In this document: in pieces, positions 19,374-29,503 of the stretch
Numbering within the stretch: the first letter of the stretch is position 1
How the letters are laid out: every line of letters starts with the position of its first letter
NCBI GenBank assembly: GCA_040385775.1
Contig: JAZKGR010000171.1
Location: 25,072 to 89,071 of the forward strand
Length of the DNA stretch: 64,000 nt
Direction of reading: 5' to 3'
From: Pseudomonadota bacterium
GTDB taxonomy: Bacteria; Pseudomonadota; Gammaproteobacteria; Burkholderiales; Burkholderiaceae_C
Program-made: the position numbers and the translations under genes
Notes under the pieces: model-generated
Databases searched by the model: none
The model's input: only the letters and a program-made list of their open reading frames with translations
Told to the model about the DNA's origin: nothing

Positions 19374-20102
19374 TCACGGTTTTTGGTCCTGCTTTGCGCC
19401 CGCATTTTCCAGCATCCTGATCATCTCGCCATAGCCGCGCGACCGGGCCAGCTGCAGCGGCGTGTTGCCGTGCCGGTCGACCAGCTTCAGGCTGGCGCCG
19501 GCTTCAATCAGGGCCTTCAGGGTTTTCTGGTGCCGCAGCCCGCCGTCGCCCAGTACCACCGCCTCGATGGCTGCGGTCCAGTGCAGGTTGTTGACATGGT
19601 CCAGTGGCGCGCCTGCGGCAATCAGCTGTCTGACGACGCCGTCATGGCCGAGGTGCGCGGCGGCGATCAAGGCGGTGCCGTCGTAGCGGCTGGTGGCCTG
19701 TTTCGCGCTGGCGCCCAGCGCCAGCAGGGCGTGCAAGGTTTCCTCGTCGTCGGCAACCGACGCGATGGTCACCGCATCGTAGCGGTCCTTGTCCAGCAAA
19801 TTGATGTCGGCGCCGGCCTGGACCAGCGCACGGATGGCCTGGCGCTGCCGCGCGAAGGCCGCCACATGCAGTGGCGTGCGGCCGTTGCCGTCCCGCGCAT
19901 TCAGGCTGGCGCCTGCTGCGGCCAGTCGCGTGATGGCCGCGGCGTCGCCTTTTTGCGCTGCGGCGTGCAGGCCTGTGTAGGCTGCTGCTTCTGCGGCGCT
20001 GGGCGCCACCTGCGCCATGGCTAAAGGGCCTGTCCCCGCCGCGATGCCCATGGCGGTCGCGATGGCCAGTTTTTTCAGTAACAGATTCGGGGTGTGGTGC
20101 AT
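19374..20102 (-). CDS. Exported ankyrin-repeat protein
   Basis: Signal peptide; GRTPLHVAA, GTALIAAA, GNTPLQLA repeats. Confidence 0.88.
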   Translation of the reverse strand: MHHTPNLLLKKLAIATAMGIAAGTGPLAMAQVAPSAAEAAAYTGLHAAAQKGDAAAITRLAAAGASLNARDGNGRTPLHVAAFARQRQAIRALVQAGADINLLDKDRYDAVTIASVADDEETLHALLALGASAKQATSRYDGTALIAAAHLGHDGVVRQLIAAGAPLDHVNNLHWTAAIEAVVLGDGGLRHQKTLKALIEAGASLKLVDRHGNTPLQLARSRGYGEMIRMLENAGAKQDQKP

Positions 20103-20139
20103 GGCGTTCTCCTGGGCCTGAGGGCTGTTTCGCTTCGGT

Positions 20140-20634
20140 TTATTTCAACTGGTCCTTGACCTTGTCCAGCGCCGTCATGGCGCACTGTTCGTCGAGGTGG
20201 CCGCCCGGCGCACCACCGACGCCGACGGCGCCTATGACTTCGTTGCCGACCTTCACAGGCACACCGCCGCCCAGCAACAAAAAGCCGGGGATGTGCACCA
20301 GATTGGCGGCAGCCGGGTTTTTCTGCGCCCCGTCCATCATCGCCAGCGTGGTATTTTTGGCCGATGCGGAGGTGAAGGCCTTTTGCAGGCTGGCGGCCAG
20401 GGTGTGCGGGCCGGCGTTGTCGGCGCGCTGCACGGCACGCACGCTGCCGGCGCGGTCCACCACAGTAGCGGCCACGGCATAACCGCCGGCCGAGCAGGCT
20501 GCGACGGTGGCGGCGGCGATCTGGTTGGCCAGTTCCAGCGACATGTTTTTTTCGGTACGCACGCTCTGGGCGGAGGCGGCGGCGGCGAACAGGGCGAGGC
20601 AGAGGGCGGAAGTTTTGATGACGAGGTGACGCAT
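20140..20634 (-). CDS. GlcG/HbpS-family heme-binding protein, exported
   Basis: Signal peptide; VVDRAG, KAFTS, GGGVPV, GAVGVGG. Confidence 0.88.
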   Translation of the reverse strand: MRHLVIKTSALCLALFAAAASAQSVRTEKNMSLELANQIAAATVAACSAGGYAVAATVVDRAGSVRAVQRADNAGPHTLAASLQKAFTSASAKNTTLAMMDGAQKNPAAANLVHIPGFLLLGGGVPVKVGNEVIGAVGVGGAPGGHLDEQCAMTALDKVKDQLK

Positions 20635-20710
20635 GGTGTGTTCTCCGGGATGTTGCACGGTTCGATTTACCGTGTGAGAACTTTAAAAAAGCGCAGCCCT
20701 CGGGGCCATT

Positions 20711-20747
20711 CGTAGCGCTACGCCGAGGCCTCCGTAAAACTACGGAG
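20711..20747. promoter_or_regulatory. Paired palindromic sites, probably for the adjacent FixJ/LuxR regulator
   Basis: CGTAGCGCTACG (20711) and CGTAAAACTACG (20733), 22 bp apart, upstream of the glcG-like gene. Confidence 0.6.
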
Positions 20748-20758
20748 CCGGGGCAGCT

Positions 20759-21397
20759 TCAGGGGTTCGCTTCGACCAGTGCGGCGTAGTGCCGTATCAG
20801 CTGCGCCAGCGATTCAGCTTCAAGCTTGGCGAACAGATTGGCACGATGGCTTTCCACCGTACGCGGTGAGACATCGAGCGCGCGGCCGATTTCCTTGTTG
20901 GTCAGACCGGCAACGATCAGGCCCAGCACCTCGCGTTCGCGCGTGGACAGCTGCCCGTACCGCTCCTGGGCTTGCCGGTCGGTCTGACTGCGCTCGCGTG
21001 ACTTCACATGCTGGCGCACCGCGTTCTGCAGCGCTTCGAGCAAAGCCTCGTCGTCCACCGGCTTCTCCAGAAATTCAGCAGCCCCCGCCTTGAAGGCGCG
21101 ACGGCACATCTCCACCGTGCCGTGCCCGGTCAGCATGATCACCGGCTGGTCCACGCCCTGCGCCACCAGCGTGTCCAGCACGGTCAGGCCACTGATGCCG
21201 GGCATGCGCACGTCCAGAACAATGGCGCCAATGGTCTGGCGGTCAAAGCCCGTCATGAAAGCCTGCGGGTCGGGCCAGGCCTGCACGCGCAGGCCCACCG
21301 TGCTGATCAGGAGGGCCAGGCCACTGCGTACGGCTTCATCGTCGTCGATCAGGTGAATCAGGGGCGACAACGTGTCGCCTGCGCCGACGGGCCTCAT
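20759..21397 (-). CDS. FixJ/LuxR-family response regulator
   Basis: LIDDD, LDVRMPG, LEKP, HTH LSTREREVL..SPRTVESHR. Confidence 0.92.
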   Translation of the reverse strand: MRPVGAGDTLSPLIHLIDDDEAVRSGLALLISTVGLRVQAWPDPQAFMTGFDRQTIGAIVLDVRMPGISGLTVLDTLVAQGVDQPVIMLTGHGTVEMCRRAFKAGAAEFLEKPVDDEALLEALQNAVRQHVKSRERSQTDRQAQERYGQLSTREREVLGLIVAGLTNKEIGRALDVSPRTVESHRANLFAKLEAESLAQLIRHYAALVEANP

Positions 21398-22872
21398 GGC
21401 TTGCCTGGGGGTGGCGCTGTTGGAGCCAGCGGCAGTGACAGCCGGAACACGGTGCCGCGCGGCGCATGCTGCCCCGCTTGCAGGCTGCCGTTCATGCCGG
21501 CGGCCAGGGTTTCGCACAGGCTCAGGCCCAGCCCCAGGCCGGCTTCGCGGGTGGTGAAAAAGGGCTCGAAAATGCGGGCGAGTACGTCATCCGTCATGCC
21601 CGGTCCGCTGTCGATCACCGCCATCTCACCCAGGCCGGCGGCTGCGCGTACTGTCACGGCCAGCCGGCGTTCCCTGACGGGCACCTGTTCCAGCGCCTGC
21701 AAGGCATTCATCAGCAGGTTGTGGATGATTTGCTCCAGCGCCACCGGATCGGCCAGAACAGTGACGGGCGCGGGCGGTGCCTCCACGTTGGGCACCACCT
21801 CACGGCGCCTGAATTCCGGCTCCAGCAGGTAAAACGCGCTTTGTACCGCCTGCTGCAGATCAGACGGCTGCAGTTGCGCCGCAAGGTCGGGCCGCTCCAC
21901 CGCGCGCCGCAGGCGGCTCACCACCGTCGACGCGCGGCGCGCCTGCTCAACGGCCTGCGCCATCGCGCTGCGAATGGTGGCCAAGTCGGGGGGAACTTCA
22001 TCCAGCAAGCGGGCGGACGCCTGGGTGTTGGCCAGCAAAGCTGTCAGCGGCTGGTTCAATTCATGCGCCATGCCGGCTGCCAGCTCCCCCAGGGTGTTGA
22101 GCCGCGCCACCCGGCCCAGCCGCAGCAGCTCTTCCGCCCGCCGCCGGCCCGCGCGCTGCCGCAGCAGCGCCAGCCAACCTGCCAGCAAGGTGGCCACCAG
22201 CGCGCCCCAGCCGACCATCCAGGTCCAGGGCAACTCGCTCCAGCCCACCTGGCGTTGCGCAACGACGTCAAACGGTTGACTGTCTGCGGCCAGGTGCTTG
22301 CGAAAATCAAAACGCCAGCCCCCTTGCCCCAGCCGGCCGGGCTGAAGCACCCAATCCTGCCCTTCGTGCACGAGCAGCACCCGCACCGCACTGGTGTCGG
22401 GCGCTGTTGGCCACTCGCTCCATGGCACGACGGCGCGCAAATCCATCTGCAGCGCATAGCTGGCTGGCTCGGACGCCAGCACCAGGTGGTAATGGCCGCG
22501 GGCGAAATCGACACCGGCGAGCACGGGACGGCGCAGGGCGCGAGACAGGGTTTCCGCCACCCGCAGACGCTCATCAGGCCAGGAGGCGCCGCGGTCGCGC
22601 CGCTGCACGGAAAGGATTTGTGGATAAAGTGCGCTCAGCCGCTGCTCGGCCTGCAGGTCGGGCGCCGCGGGTTGCAGCAGCGCCAGCGTGGCCATCACCG
22701 CATCGTGCTGTACGACGCGCTGGCTCAGCAGGCGGTGCACAATGCGCGCGTCGGTCTCAAAGGCGTCACGCTGTCTGGCCAGCTCGGTCCGCGCCAGCAC
22801 AACACAGCCCAGCGCCGTGATCAGGCTCCAGAGCAGGAGCCCGGTCCAACGGTGTTGTTGCGCTTTCTGCAT
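21394..22872 (-). CDS. Sensor histidine kinase
   Basis: AHELNQPL H-box, NLLMNA, DSGPG, PFFTT, GLGLGL; two TM segments. Confidence 0.92.
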   Translation of the reverse strand: MQKAQQHRWTGLLLWSLITALGCVVLARTELARQRDAFETDARIVHRLLSQRVVQHDAVMATLALLQPAAPDLQAEQRLSALYPQILSVQRRDRGASWPDERLRVAETLSRALRRPVLAGVDFARGHYHLVLASEPASYALQMDLRAVVPWSEWPTAPDTSAVRVLLVHEGQDWVLQPGRLGQGGWRFDFRKHLAADSQPFDVVAQRQVGWSELPWTWMVGWGALVATLLAGWLALLRQRAGRRRAEELLRLGRVARLNTLGELAAGMAHELNQPLTALLANTQASARLLDEVPPDLATIRSAMAQAVEQARRASTVVSRLRRAVERPDLAAQLQPSDLQQAVQSAFYLLEPEFRRREVVPNVEAPPAPVTVLADPVALEQIIHNLLMNALQALEQVPVRERRLAVTVRAAAGLGEMAVIDSGPGMTDDVLARIFEPFFTTREAGLGLGLSLCETLAAGMNGSLQAGQHAPRGTVFRLSLPLAPTAPPPGKP

Positions 22873-23033
22873 CGCTGCATTTTTGCATAGCGTGTCATGC
22901 ATCGGGGACAATGGCCAGATGAAGCTCCACACGGAAGTCGCTGGCGTCCAGCGCATGCGCCAGGCTTGCGGAGTCACCCTTGCGCTGCTGCAGCCCGGCA
23001 TGGAAGCGCATTTGACGATGAGAGGAGTTTGAT

Positions 23034-23489
23034 GTGATCAGCGTGATCCAGCGCGTGAGCCAGGCGCGGGTGCTGGTGGGTGGGGAGGTGACCGGCGAGA
23101 TCGCCGCCGGCCTGCTGGTGTTGCTGTGCGCCGAGCGTGGGGACAGCGAGGCGCAAGCCGACAAGCTGCTGGCCAAAATCCTGAAGCTGCGCATCTTTGC
23201 CGATGAGGGTGGAAAAATGAACCGCAGCGTGCAGGACGTGGCCGGCGGCCTGCTCATCGTCAGCCAGTTCACGCTCGCTGCGGATGTGTCGGGCGGCAAC
23301 CGGCCCAGCTTCACCGGCGCTGCGGCGCCGGACGAAGGCCGGCGGCTTTACGACTATTTTGTGGCGCAGGCGCGGCTGCTGCATCCGGTGGTGCAGACCG
23401 GCCAGTTTGCTGCCGACATGCAGGTGCAGCTGGTCAATGACGGGCCGGTGACGATTCCGCTGCGCATGGATCCGCTATCAATTCAGTAG
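23034..23489 (+). CDS. dtd: D-aminoacyl-tRNA deacylase
   Basis: VIQRV, LRIF, SQFTL, NDGPVT. Confidence 0.95.
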   Translation: MISVIQRVSQARVLVGGEVTGEIAAGLLVLLCAERGDSEAQADKLLAKILKLRIFADEGGKMNRSVQDVAGGLLIVSQFTLAADVSGGNRPSFTGAAAPDEGRRLYDYFVAQARLLHPVVQTGQFAADMQVQLVNDGPVTIPLRMDPLSIQ

Positions 23490-23537
23490 CTTCTTGCCCA
23501 CGTGGAACAAGGGCTGGAGCCGTATTTGATGCTTGAA
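23474..23537 (+). repeat. Dispersed 17+20 motif copy 4 (supplies dtd stop codon)
   Basis: GCTATCAATTCAGTAGC-N20-GGGCTGGAGCCGTATTTGATGCTTGAA. Confidence 0.85.
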
Positions 23538-23581
23538 GCCAGCGGCACACCCGCATGCTCAAGCAGTGATGGCTGCCGGGC

Positions 23582-24271
23582 CTACCGTGCCAACCGGTAA
23601 GGCTCATCAAAATCAACGAAGTCTTTTTCAGCCAGGGCTTCGTCCATCCAGGCCTTCACGCCCGGCAAGGCGCAGACGCGAGCGATGTAGTCGGTGACAG
23701 GGCCTGGCACCGGCAGGCCGTAATTTTTCAGGCGCATGCAGACCGGTGCGAAATACGCGTCGGCAATTGAGAACCCGCCAAAAAGCATGGGACCTTTGTG
23801 CTGCGCCAGGAGTTCGGTCCACATCTCCACAATACGCTGCACATCGGCGCGTACCGCCGGTTTGTCGCGCCAGATGATGGCCCCGGTCTGGGTCAGGTCC
23901 GCTTCGATGTTCATCGGGCAGGCACTGCGCAAGGCGCCAAAGCCAGAGTGCATTTCGGCGCAGATGCTGCGCGCGCGGGCACGCGCTTGCGTATCCTGCG
24001 GCCAGAGTTGCTTGTCCGGGAATTTCTCGGCCACGTATTCGGCGATGGCCAGCGTGTCCCAGACGGCGAAGCCGTCATCCACCAGCACCGGCACCCGGCC
24101 CCCCGGATTCACTGCAAGCATCGCCTGCTTGAAGCTGGAGGTGAGTGCGAAGGTATCGGCGCCGAAGCGCACCAAAACTTCCTCGAACGGTATGCCGGCC
24201 TGCTTGAGCAGCACCCAGGGGCGCATGGACCAGGACGAATAATTCTTGTTGGCGATGTAGAGCTTGAGCAC
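23582..24271 (-). CDS. Glutathione S-transferase family protein
   Basis: NKNYSSWSMRPW, VPVL, WDTLAI, FSIADA. Confidence 0.92.
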   Translation of the reverse strand: MLKLYIANKNYSSWSMRPWVLLKQAGIPFEEVLVRFGADTFALTSSFKQAMLAVNPGGRVPVLVDDGFAVWDTLAIAEYVAEKFPDKQLWPQDTQARARARSICAEMHSGFGALRSACPMNIEADLTQTGAIIWRDKPAVRADVQRIVEMWTELLAQHKGPMLFGGFSIADAYFAPVCMRLKNYGLPVPGPVTDYIARVCALPGVKAWMDEALAEKDFVDFDEPYRLAR

Positions 24272-24370
24272 GGGAACTCCCTTGAAGATGAGCGCCTATG
24301 CTACTGCGCGCCGGTCCTCCCATTGATGCGAAAAGCCGTGCCTATTGATGCGCGCCCTTTGCGCGGCGTC

Positions 24371-25360
24371 CTAAAAACGTCCGGCGGTCTTGCGCTTGGC
24401 CACCAGGTTGCTGCGCAGGCCCCAGCCGCCGGCGTTGGGCCCGAGGTAGCTGGGCGCAATCGCTTCGAGCGCCGCCGGCGTGATGCCCAGCGCCTCCAGG
24501 CCCGGCAGGTTGCCGCTGGCGATGTTGGGCACGCTCATGGAGTCGAGGTTGTCCCGGCTCATCAGCGGCTCGCCGGGCGCCAGCGCCATCATGCGGGCCT
24601 GCAGTCGGCCCAATGCCGCAGGCAAAGCCAGCACCGGACGGCCCCGGCCTTCATTGACGCCGCTGACACGGCCTGCCAGTTCGACCAGTTGCCTGAGCGT
24701 GAAGATGTCTGGGCCGTATGCTTCAAAGGTCTGGCCGGTGGTGGCGTGCAGGTGGGCGTCCTGCAGGCAGTGCACGATGGCGCTGGCCACGTCTTCGACC
24801 CACACTGGCTGGAACAGCACATGGCTGCCGGCCAGCGGGATTACCGGGAAAACTTTCTGCAGTTGGGCAAAGGTGTTGAGGAATTTATCGCCGTTGCCGA
24901 ACATCACGCTGGGCCGGAGCAGGGTCAGCGCCAGCTCCGCGTGGTGCAGTACCACCTCGCCCTGGCCCTTGCTGCGCAAATACACGGACGGCGCGGCGTC
25001 CGGGTTGCGTGCGTCGGCACCGAGCGCGCTGATGTGGACCAGCCGTGTCACGCCGGTGGCGCTGCAGGCGCGTGCAAGCTTTTGCGGAAGCTCCACATGC
25101 GCCCGCTCAAACGAGGCTTGCGTGCCATGCAGGATGGCCACCAGGTTGACCACCGCATCGTGGCCCGCCACCAGCCGCGTCAGCGCGGCTTCGTCATGCA
25201 CATCGGCCTGCACAACGTCGAGCGAGGGCAGCATCTGGATGTCACGGGCGCGGGCTTCCCGGCGTGTCGGCACGGTGACTCGCCATTGCAGTTGCGTGAG
25301 TTTTTCGCAGACGTGGCGGCCGACAAATCCGGTGCCGCCGAGAATCAGTATTTTTTTCAT
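24371..25360 (-). CDS. NAD-dependent epimerase / NDUFA9-family SDR
   Basis: GGTGFVG, HISALGA, YLRSKGQGE, QPVWVEDVA. Confidence 0.9.
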   Translation of the reverse strand: MKKILILGGTGFVGRHVCEKLTQLQWRVTVPTRREARARDIQMLPSLDVVQADVHDEAALTRLVAGHDAVVNLVAILHGTQASFERAHVELPQKLARACSATGVTRLVHISALGADARNPDAAPSVYLRSKGQGEVVLHHAELALTLLRPSVMFGNGDKFLNTFAQLQKVFPVIPLAGSHVLFQPVWVEDVASAIVHCLQDAHLHATTGQTFEAYGPDIFTLRQLVELAGRVSGVNEGRGRPVLALPAALGRLQARMMALAPGEPLMSRDNLDSMSVPNIASGNLPGLEALGITPAALEAIAPSYLGPNAGGWGLRSNLVAKRKTAGRF

Positions 25361-25409
25361 AGGCCCTTATTAAACGCTTTCACACCCGCTGATGCAAAAC
25401 ATCTGGGAA

Positions 25410-25472
25410 TTCATGACGATATTGGCTTGCAGCCCACAACCAGCAAGCACCAATTGCTCCTGAATTTATAGC
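25410..25472 (-). repeat. Dispersed 17+20 motif copy 5 (intergenic)
   Basis: GCTATAAATTCAGGAGC-N20-GGGCTGCAAGCCAATATCGTCATGAA. Confidence 0.85.
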
Positions 25473-25594
25473 AATTGACGGCCATCCTCTGGCCCCAATA
25501 CCCACGACGACTACCCGGGTGTAGGCAGCCACCGCAACAAATCTGGGCCTGCCGGCCTACAGCTTGCGCGGCACCGGCTTCGCATAATGGATGC

Positions 25595-26038
25595 ATGAAT
25601 ATTTTTGAAGCCCTGCGCACCAGCCATGAAACCCAGCGCGGCCTTGCCGACGCTCTCATCAACACCTCCGGCGACAGCAAGGAGCGTGATGTCCTCTTCA
25701 AGGAACTGAAGACGGAACTCGCCGCCCACGCGGCTGCCGAGGAACGTTTTTTTTACGTGCCGCTGATTGCGCACGACATGACGCAAGAGCCCTCGCGGCA
25801 TGGCATTGCCGAGCACCATGAGATGGACGAGCTGGTGGAAAAACTTGAAGACACGGACTTCAGTTCACCGGCCTGGATTGCGGTGGCCAAAGAACTGCAC
25901 CACAAGATCTACCATCACCTCAAGGACGAAGAGCAGGGAATTTTCCAGCTCGCCGGCAAGGTCCTGACCGAAGCCGAGAAGCTGTCGCTGGCCAAGGACT
26001 ACGAGGGCGAGTTTGTCTCGCAGCGCGTCAAGGACTGA
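25595..26038 (+). CDS. Hemerythrin-domain protein
   Basis: H..., HAAAEE, EHHE, HHLKDEE motifs. Confidence 0.88.
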   Translation: MNIFEALRTSHETQRGLADALINTSGDSKERDVLFKELKTELAAHAAAEERFFYVPLIAHDMTQEPSRHGIAEHHEMDELVEKLEDTDFSSPAWIAVAKELHHKIYHHLKDEEQGIFQLAGKVLTEAEKLSLAKDYEGEFVSQRVKD

Positions 26039-26584
26039 TCACCGGTCCTTGTCGCCGGTGCGCTGAAGCGGCAGTTTGTCGTCCGCGATCAGCGGCTCGG
26101 GCTTGTCGATCAGCTTGACCAGCATGGGCACCAGCGCCAGGATCACCAGGGCCAGCAAAGTGGCCAGCACCGCCGTCAATTCACGCCCGAGGCCGGCCGC
26201 CACACCCATGGCGGCGGTCAGCCACAGGCCGGCTGCGGTGGTCAGGCCTTTCACGTCGCCGGCCTTGTCGCCCTTCAGGATGGTGCCGGCGCAGAGAAAC
26301 CCCACGCCCGCCGTGATGCCCTGGATCACGCGGCTCATGTCGGCTTGCTCCATGCCGATTTGCTGCGAGACCAGCACAAACAGCGCCGCGCCCATGGCGA
26401 CCAGCATGTGGGTGCGCACGCCGGCCGCCTGGCCCTTATGTTCGCGCTCCCAGCCGAGCAGGCCGCCGAGCACGGCCGCCACCGTGAGGCGCAGGATCAC
26501 GCGGGTGGTCTGCGCCACGTCGTCCAGGTCGGAGAATTCGGTGGCAACGGTGCCGGCAATCTGTTGCCACCAGCTGGGGTTCAT
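26039..26584 (-). CDS. MgtC/SapB family membrane protein
   Basis: GWERE, AGVRTH, GVGFLCAG, GLTTAAGLW. Confidence 0.92.
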   Translation of the reverse strand: MNPSWWQQIAGTVATEFSDLDDVAQTTRVILRLTVAAVLGGLLGWEREHKGQAAGVRTHMLVAMGAALFVLVSQQIGMEQADMSRVIQGITAGVGFLCAGTILKGDKAGDVKGLTTAAGLWLTAAMGVAAGLGRELTAVLATLLALVILALVPMLVKLIDKPEPLIADDKLPLQRTGDKDR

Positions 26585-26696
26585 TCATGTCTCCTGCGCA
26601 ATGGGGAAGCGCTTAATTTAGCCTGCAAGTGCGTTGCGCGAAATAGGCGCAAACCTACAAACACGCGATCCATCCCATGCCGGGACCAAGCACGAA

Positions 26697-26760
26697 TTCC
26701 AAGACGTTTTTGGCCTCCAGCCCATAGCACACGTGGGGAGGCAGCTATTGATTCAGGAGC
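26697..26760 (-). repeat. Dispersed 17+20 motif copy 6 (intergenic)
   Basis: GCTCCTGAATCAATAGC-N20-GGGCTGGAGGCCAAAAACGTCTTGGAA. Confidence 0.85.
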
Positions 26761-26776
26761 ATTCCGTCGCTGCGGT

Positions 26777-28804
26777 TCAGGGCATCTTCTCGTCGGGCGG
26801 TGGCGCCGATGCGTCGCGCGGCCCCACCGTGCCCAGCCGTGCCTTCAGCGATTGCGGCTGGCCGCTGAGCAGGGCGGCGTAGTTGGTGGTGTTGGACAGC
26901 ACCTTCTTGACGTAGTCGCGGGTTTCACTGAAAGGCACGTTTTCGGCCCAGATGGCCGCCTCGATCACCGGGCCGTTGCGCCAGCTGCGGGGCCGGCCGG
27001 GGCCGGCGTTGTAGGCGGCCGCGGCCAGCGGCATGGAGCCCTGGAAGTCGTCGAGCGCACGCTTGAGGTAGGCGGTGCCGATCACGATGTTGGTGTCGCG
27101 GTCGTTGATCTGGTCGGCGGTGAAGCCGGTCAGGCCGATGTAGCGCGCGGTTTCACGCGCGGTGGCCGGCATCACCTGCATCAGGCCGGAGGCGCCGACA
27201 TGGGAGCGCGCGTCCATGATGAAACGCGACTCCTGCCGGATCAGCCCATACACGTAAGCCGGGTCCAGGCCGATGGCCTGGCTGCGCTGGCTGACGGCCT
27301 CGCGAAACGGCGTGGGGAAACGCTGCTCGGCGTCGAAGGCGTTCGCGGTGCGCTCGCTGGTGTTGATGCAGCGGTCCCAGATGGCGCGGTCGCAGGCAAA
27401 CTGCGCGGCTGCCAGCAACTCGCGCTCGCCCATGCCGCCGCGTGTGTGCAGGTTGGTGCTGTAGTTCCACTCGCGCACGCCCTCGCTGCGCAGGCCGATG
27501 GCAATGGCGTAGGCGCCGCGGTTCAGGCCGGGGTTCAGGCGCGCCGCCTCTTTTTCTTCTGCGGTCAACGCGGGCGGCCGGGCGGGCAGGGCGATCTTCT
27601 GGCCCAGCTCTTCGAGCGCGAGCTGTTCGTAAAAGCCGCGCACCGAGGCGATGGACTGCAGCAGGGCCAGCGCCTCCGCGCGTTGCGGAGACACGGGCGC
27701 GCTGGCAGCAGCAGCCGGTGCGTTGCTCAGCAGCGCGCGTGCCTTCCAGTAAGCCCAGACCGGCTCCTTGCGCGCGCCTTCGCTCATGGCGTTGATGCCG
27801 GCCAGCACCAGCGGCCAGCGCGGCGTGCTGCCGGCGCGCAGTGACGCGCGAACCTTCCAGCCCAGCATGTCGTCGCTGAGGTCGGTGTTTTTGGTCACCT
27901 TGGCGAAATAGCCGACCGAGTCCGTGCTGGCCAGCCGCGTCGCCGCCTGCCGGCCGATGGCGCCCCAGACCCAGTTGCGCTCCTCCTCATTGAGCTGCAT
28001 GCCCCATTTGTCCTCCATGAAACGCGCCGCGCCGTCGGCATCGGTGCTGGCCAGCTTGACCAGCGCCAGCACGATGATTTCCTTGCGTACCCGGCTGATG
28101 GCGATCACCTTGGTGGCGAGGAAACGCGTCGGGCTGGCATGGAGTTCGGTCACCAGGCTCACAGCCTCCGGCGCGATGATCTCCACCGCATCGCGCGCGG
28201 CGCGCGGGCGGTTGGCTTCGGTCGCGAGCCTGGCCTTGATCCAGGCGTCTTGGGTCGTCAGGTTGCGGTTGCCGATCAGACGTGAGGCGGCGGCGGTGCA
28301 GCCGTCGCTGGCATCGCGCTGGGCAAACCAGTTCCTGCGGACTTCGTCAGCCAGTTGGGCATCGGCGCCGGGGTTTTTCAGGTGTTCGACCAGCAGCGCG
28401 TAACAGCGCACATCGCGGTCGTCGCCCATGCGGTAGCTCGGGTATTCGGCGGCAAACGCGGACCAGTCGCGGCGCTGGCCCAGCAGCAGCAGCCAGTCGT
28501 TGCGCATGCGGTCCTCCTGGTAGCTGCCGGCATACCGCGCCATGAAGTCCTGCACCTCGCGGGCGCTGGCTTCGTCGAGCCGGGCCTTGAGTTCCCAGTA
28601 GGCCGCCCAGGGTTCCAGGGCGTGGCCCTGCGCCTGCGGCAGCATTTGGGACAGGCGGTTTTTGTCGCCACGTTTGAAGGCCTTGTTCATCTCCACCAGC
28701 ACCTCATCGGCGCGCGAAGTATTGTTTTGCGCCCAGGTGGGCTGGAGGATCAAGAAGGACGAGAGGCCCGATATCAGGGCAGTGACAACAAATTTGGATA
28801 GCAT
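26777..28804 (-). CDS. slt: Soluble lytic murein transglycosylase
   Basis: IRQESRF, GLMQVMPAT, AAYNAGPGR, ETRDYVK. Confidence 0.93.
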   Translation of the reverse strand: MLSKFVVTALISGLSSFLILQPTWAQNNTSRADEVLVEMNKAFKRGDKNRLSQMLPQAQGHALEPWAAYWELKARLDEASAREVQDFMARYAGSYQEDRMRNDWLLLLGQRRDWSAFAAEYPSYRMGDDRDVRCYALLVEHLKNPGADAQLADEVRRNWFAQRDASDGCTAAASRLIGNRNLTTQDAWIKARLATEANRPRAARDAVEIIAPEAVSLVTELHASPTRFLATKVIAISRVRKEIIVLALVKLASTDADGAARFMEDKWGMQLNEEERNWVWGAIGRQAATRLASTDSVGYFAKVTKNTDLSDDMLGWKVRASLRAGSTPRWPLVLAGINAMSEGARKEPVWAYWKARALLSNAPAAAASAPVSPQRAEALALLQSIASVRGFYEQLALEELGQKIALPARPPALTAEEKEAARLNPGLNRGAYAIAIGLRSEGVREWNYSTNLHTRGGMGERELLAAAQFACDRAIWDRCINTSERTANAFDAEQRFPTPFREAVSQRSQAIGLDPAYVYGLIRQESRFIMDARSHVGASGLMQVMPATARETARYIGLTGFTADQINDRDTNIVIGTAYLKRALDDFQGSMPLAAAAYNAGPGRPRSWRNGPVIEAAIWAENVPFSETRDYVKKVLSNTTNYAALLSGQPQSLKARLGTVGPRDASAPPPDEKMP

Positions 28805-28813
28805 CGGGTCATT

Positions 28814-29449
28814 ATGGACAAATTAACTGCGCGAAAAGCGTTGATAGAACAACGCCTGAACCTGCCTGACCGCCTACAGCGTGCCGACCTGTTACAGCGG
28901 GTCATGCGGATCTGGCTGGTGGGACGCGAAGACGCGGTGATCGGAGCCTACTGGCCGATCAAGGGTGAGTTCGATCCGCTGCCTGCGCTGTACCGCTGGC
29001 AGGAAGACGCGATCAGCCAGGAGTCTGAATCAAATCAGGCCCCAGCCCATGAGGGGCGGGCGGAGGCAGCTACTGAAAACATAGCAAACCGGTCGCCCCG
29101 CAAGATCGGCCTGCCGGTGGTCAACAAGCTGCACAAGACCCTGACCTTCCACGCCTGGTACCCCGGTTGCCCGATGGAGGAAGACGCCTACGGCATCCCC
29201 AAACCCAAAGACACCGAGATCATCGTGCCAACCCTGCTGTTCGTGCCCTGCGTCGGTTACGGGCCGGGCGGCTTCCGGCTCGGTTATGGCGGCGGCTTTT
29301 ACGACCGCACGCTGGCGACGCTGCAACCCAAACCCTTCACCGTCGGCCTCGGCTACAGCCATGGCTGGCTGCCCGACCTGGAGCCCGAGCCGCACGATGT
29401 GGCGCTCGATGCCATCCTCAATGACAACGGGGTGGTTTGGCCGGTGTAG
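28814..29449 (+). CDS. ygfA: 5-formyltetrahydrofolate cyclo-ligase (YgfA/Fau)
   Basis: YWPIKGE, YGIPKP, RLGYGGGFYDR, EPHD. Confidence 0.92.
   Translation: MDKLTARKALIEQRLNLPDRLQRADLLQRVMRIWLVGREDAVIGAYWPIKGEFDPLPALYRWQEDAISQESESNQAPAHEGRAEAATENIANRSPRKIGLPVVNKLHKTLTFHAWYPGCPMEEDAYGIPKPKDTEIIVPTLLFVPCVGYGPGGFRLGYGGGFYDRTLATLQPKPFTVGLGYSHGWLPDLEPEPHDVALDAILNDNGVVWPV
29024..29085 (-). repeat. Dispersed 17+20 motif copy 7 (inside ygfA)
   Basis: GCTATGTTTTCAGTAGC-N20-GGGCTGGGGCCTGATTTGATTCAGA. Confidence 0.85.
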
Positions 29450-29503
29450 TCAGGCGCCGTCGTCCGGGGTTAACGGCGCGCCCTGCCGTGAGGCCGGTCG
29501 TGC

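Noticed and set aside
22874-22891. GCTGCATTTTTGCATAGC palindrome resembling the motif
   Set aside because: It is 18 bp long and has no GGGC at the required distance on either strand.
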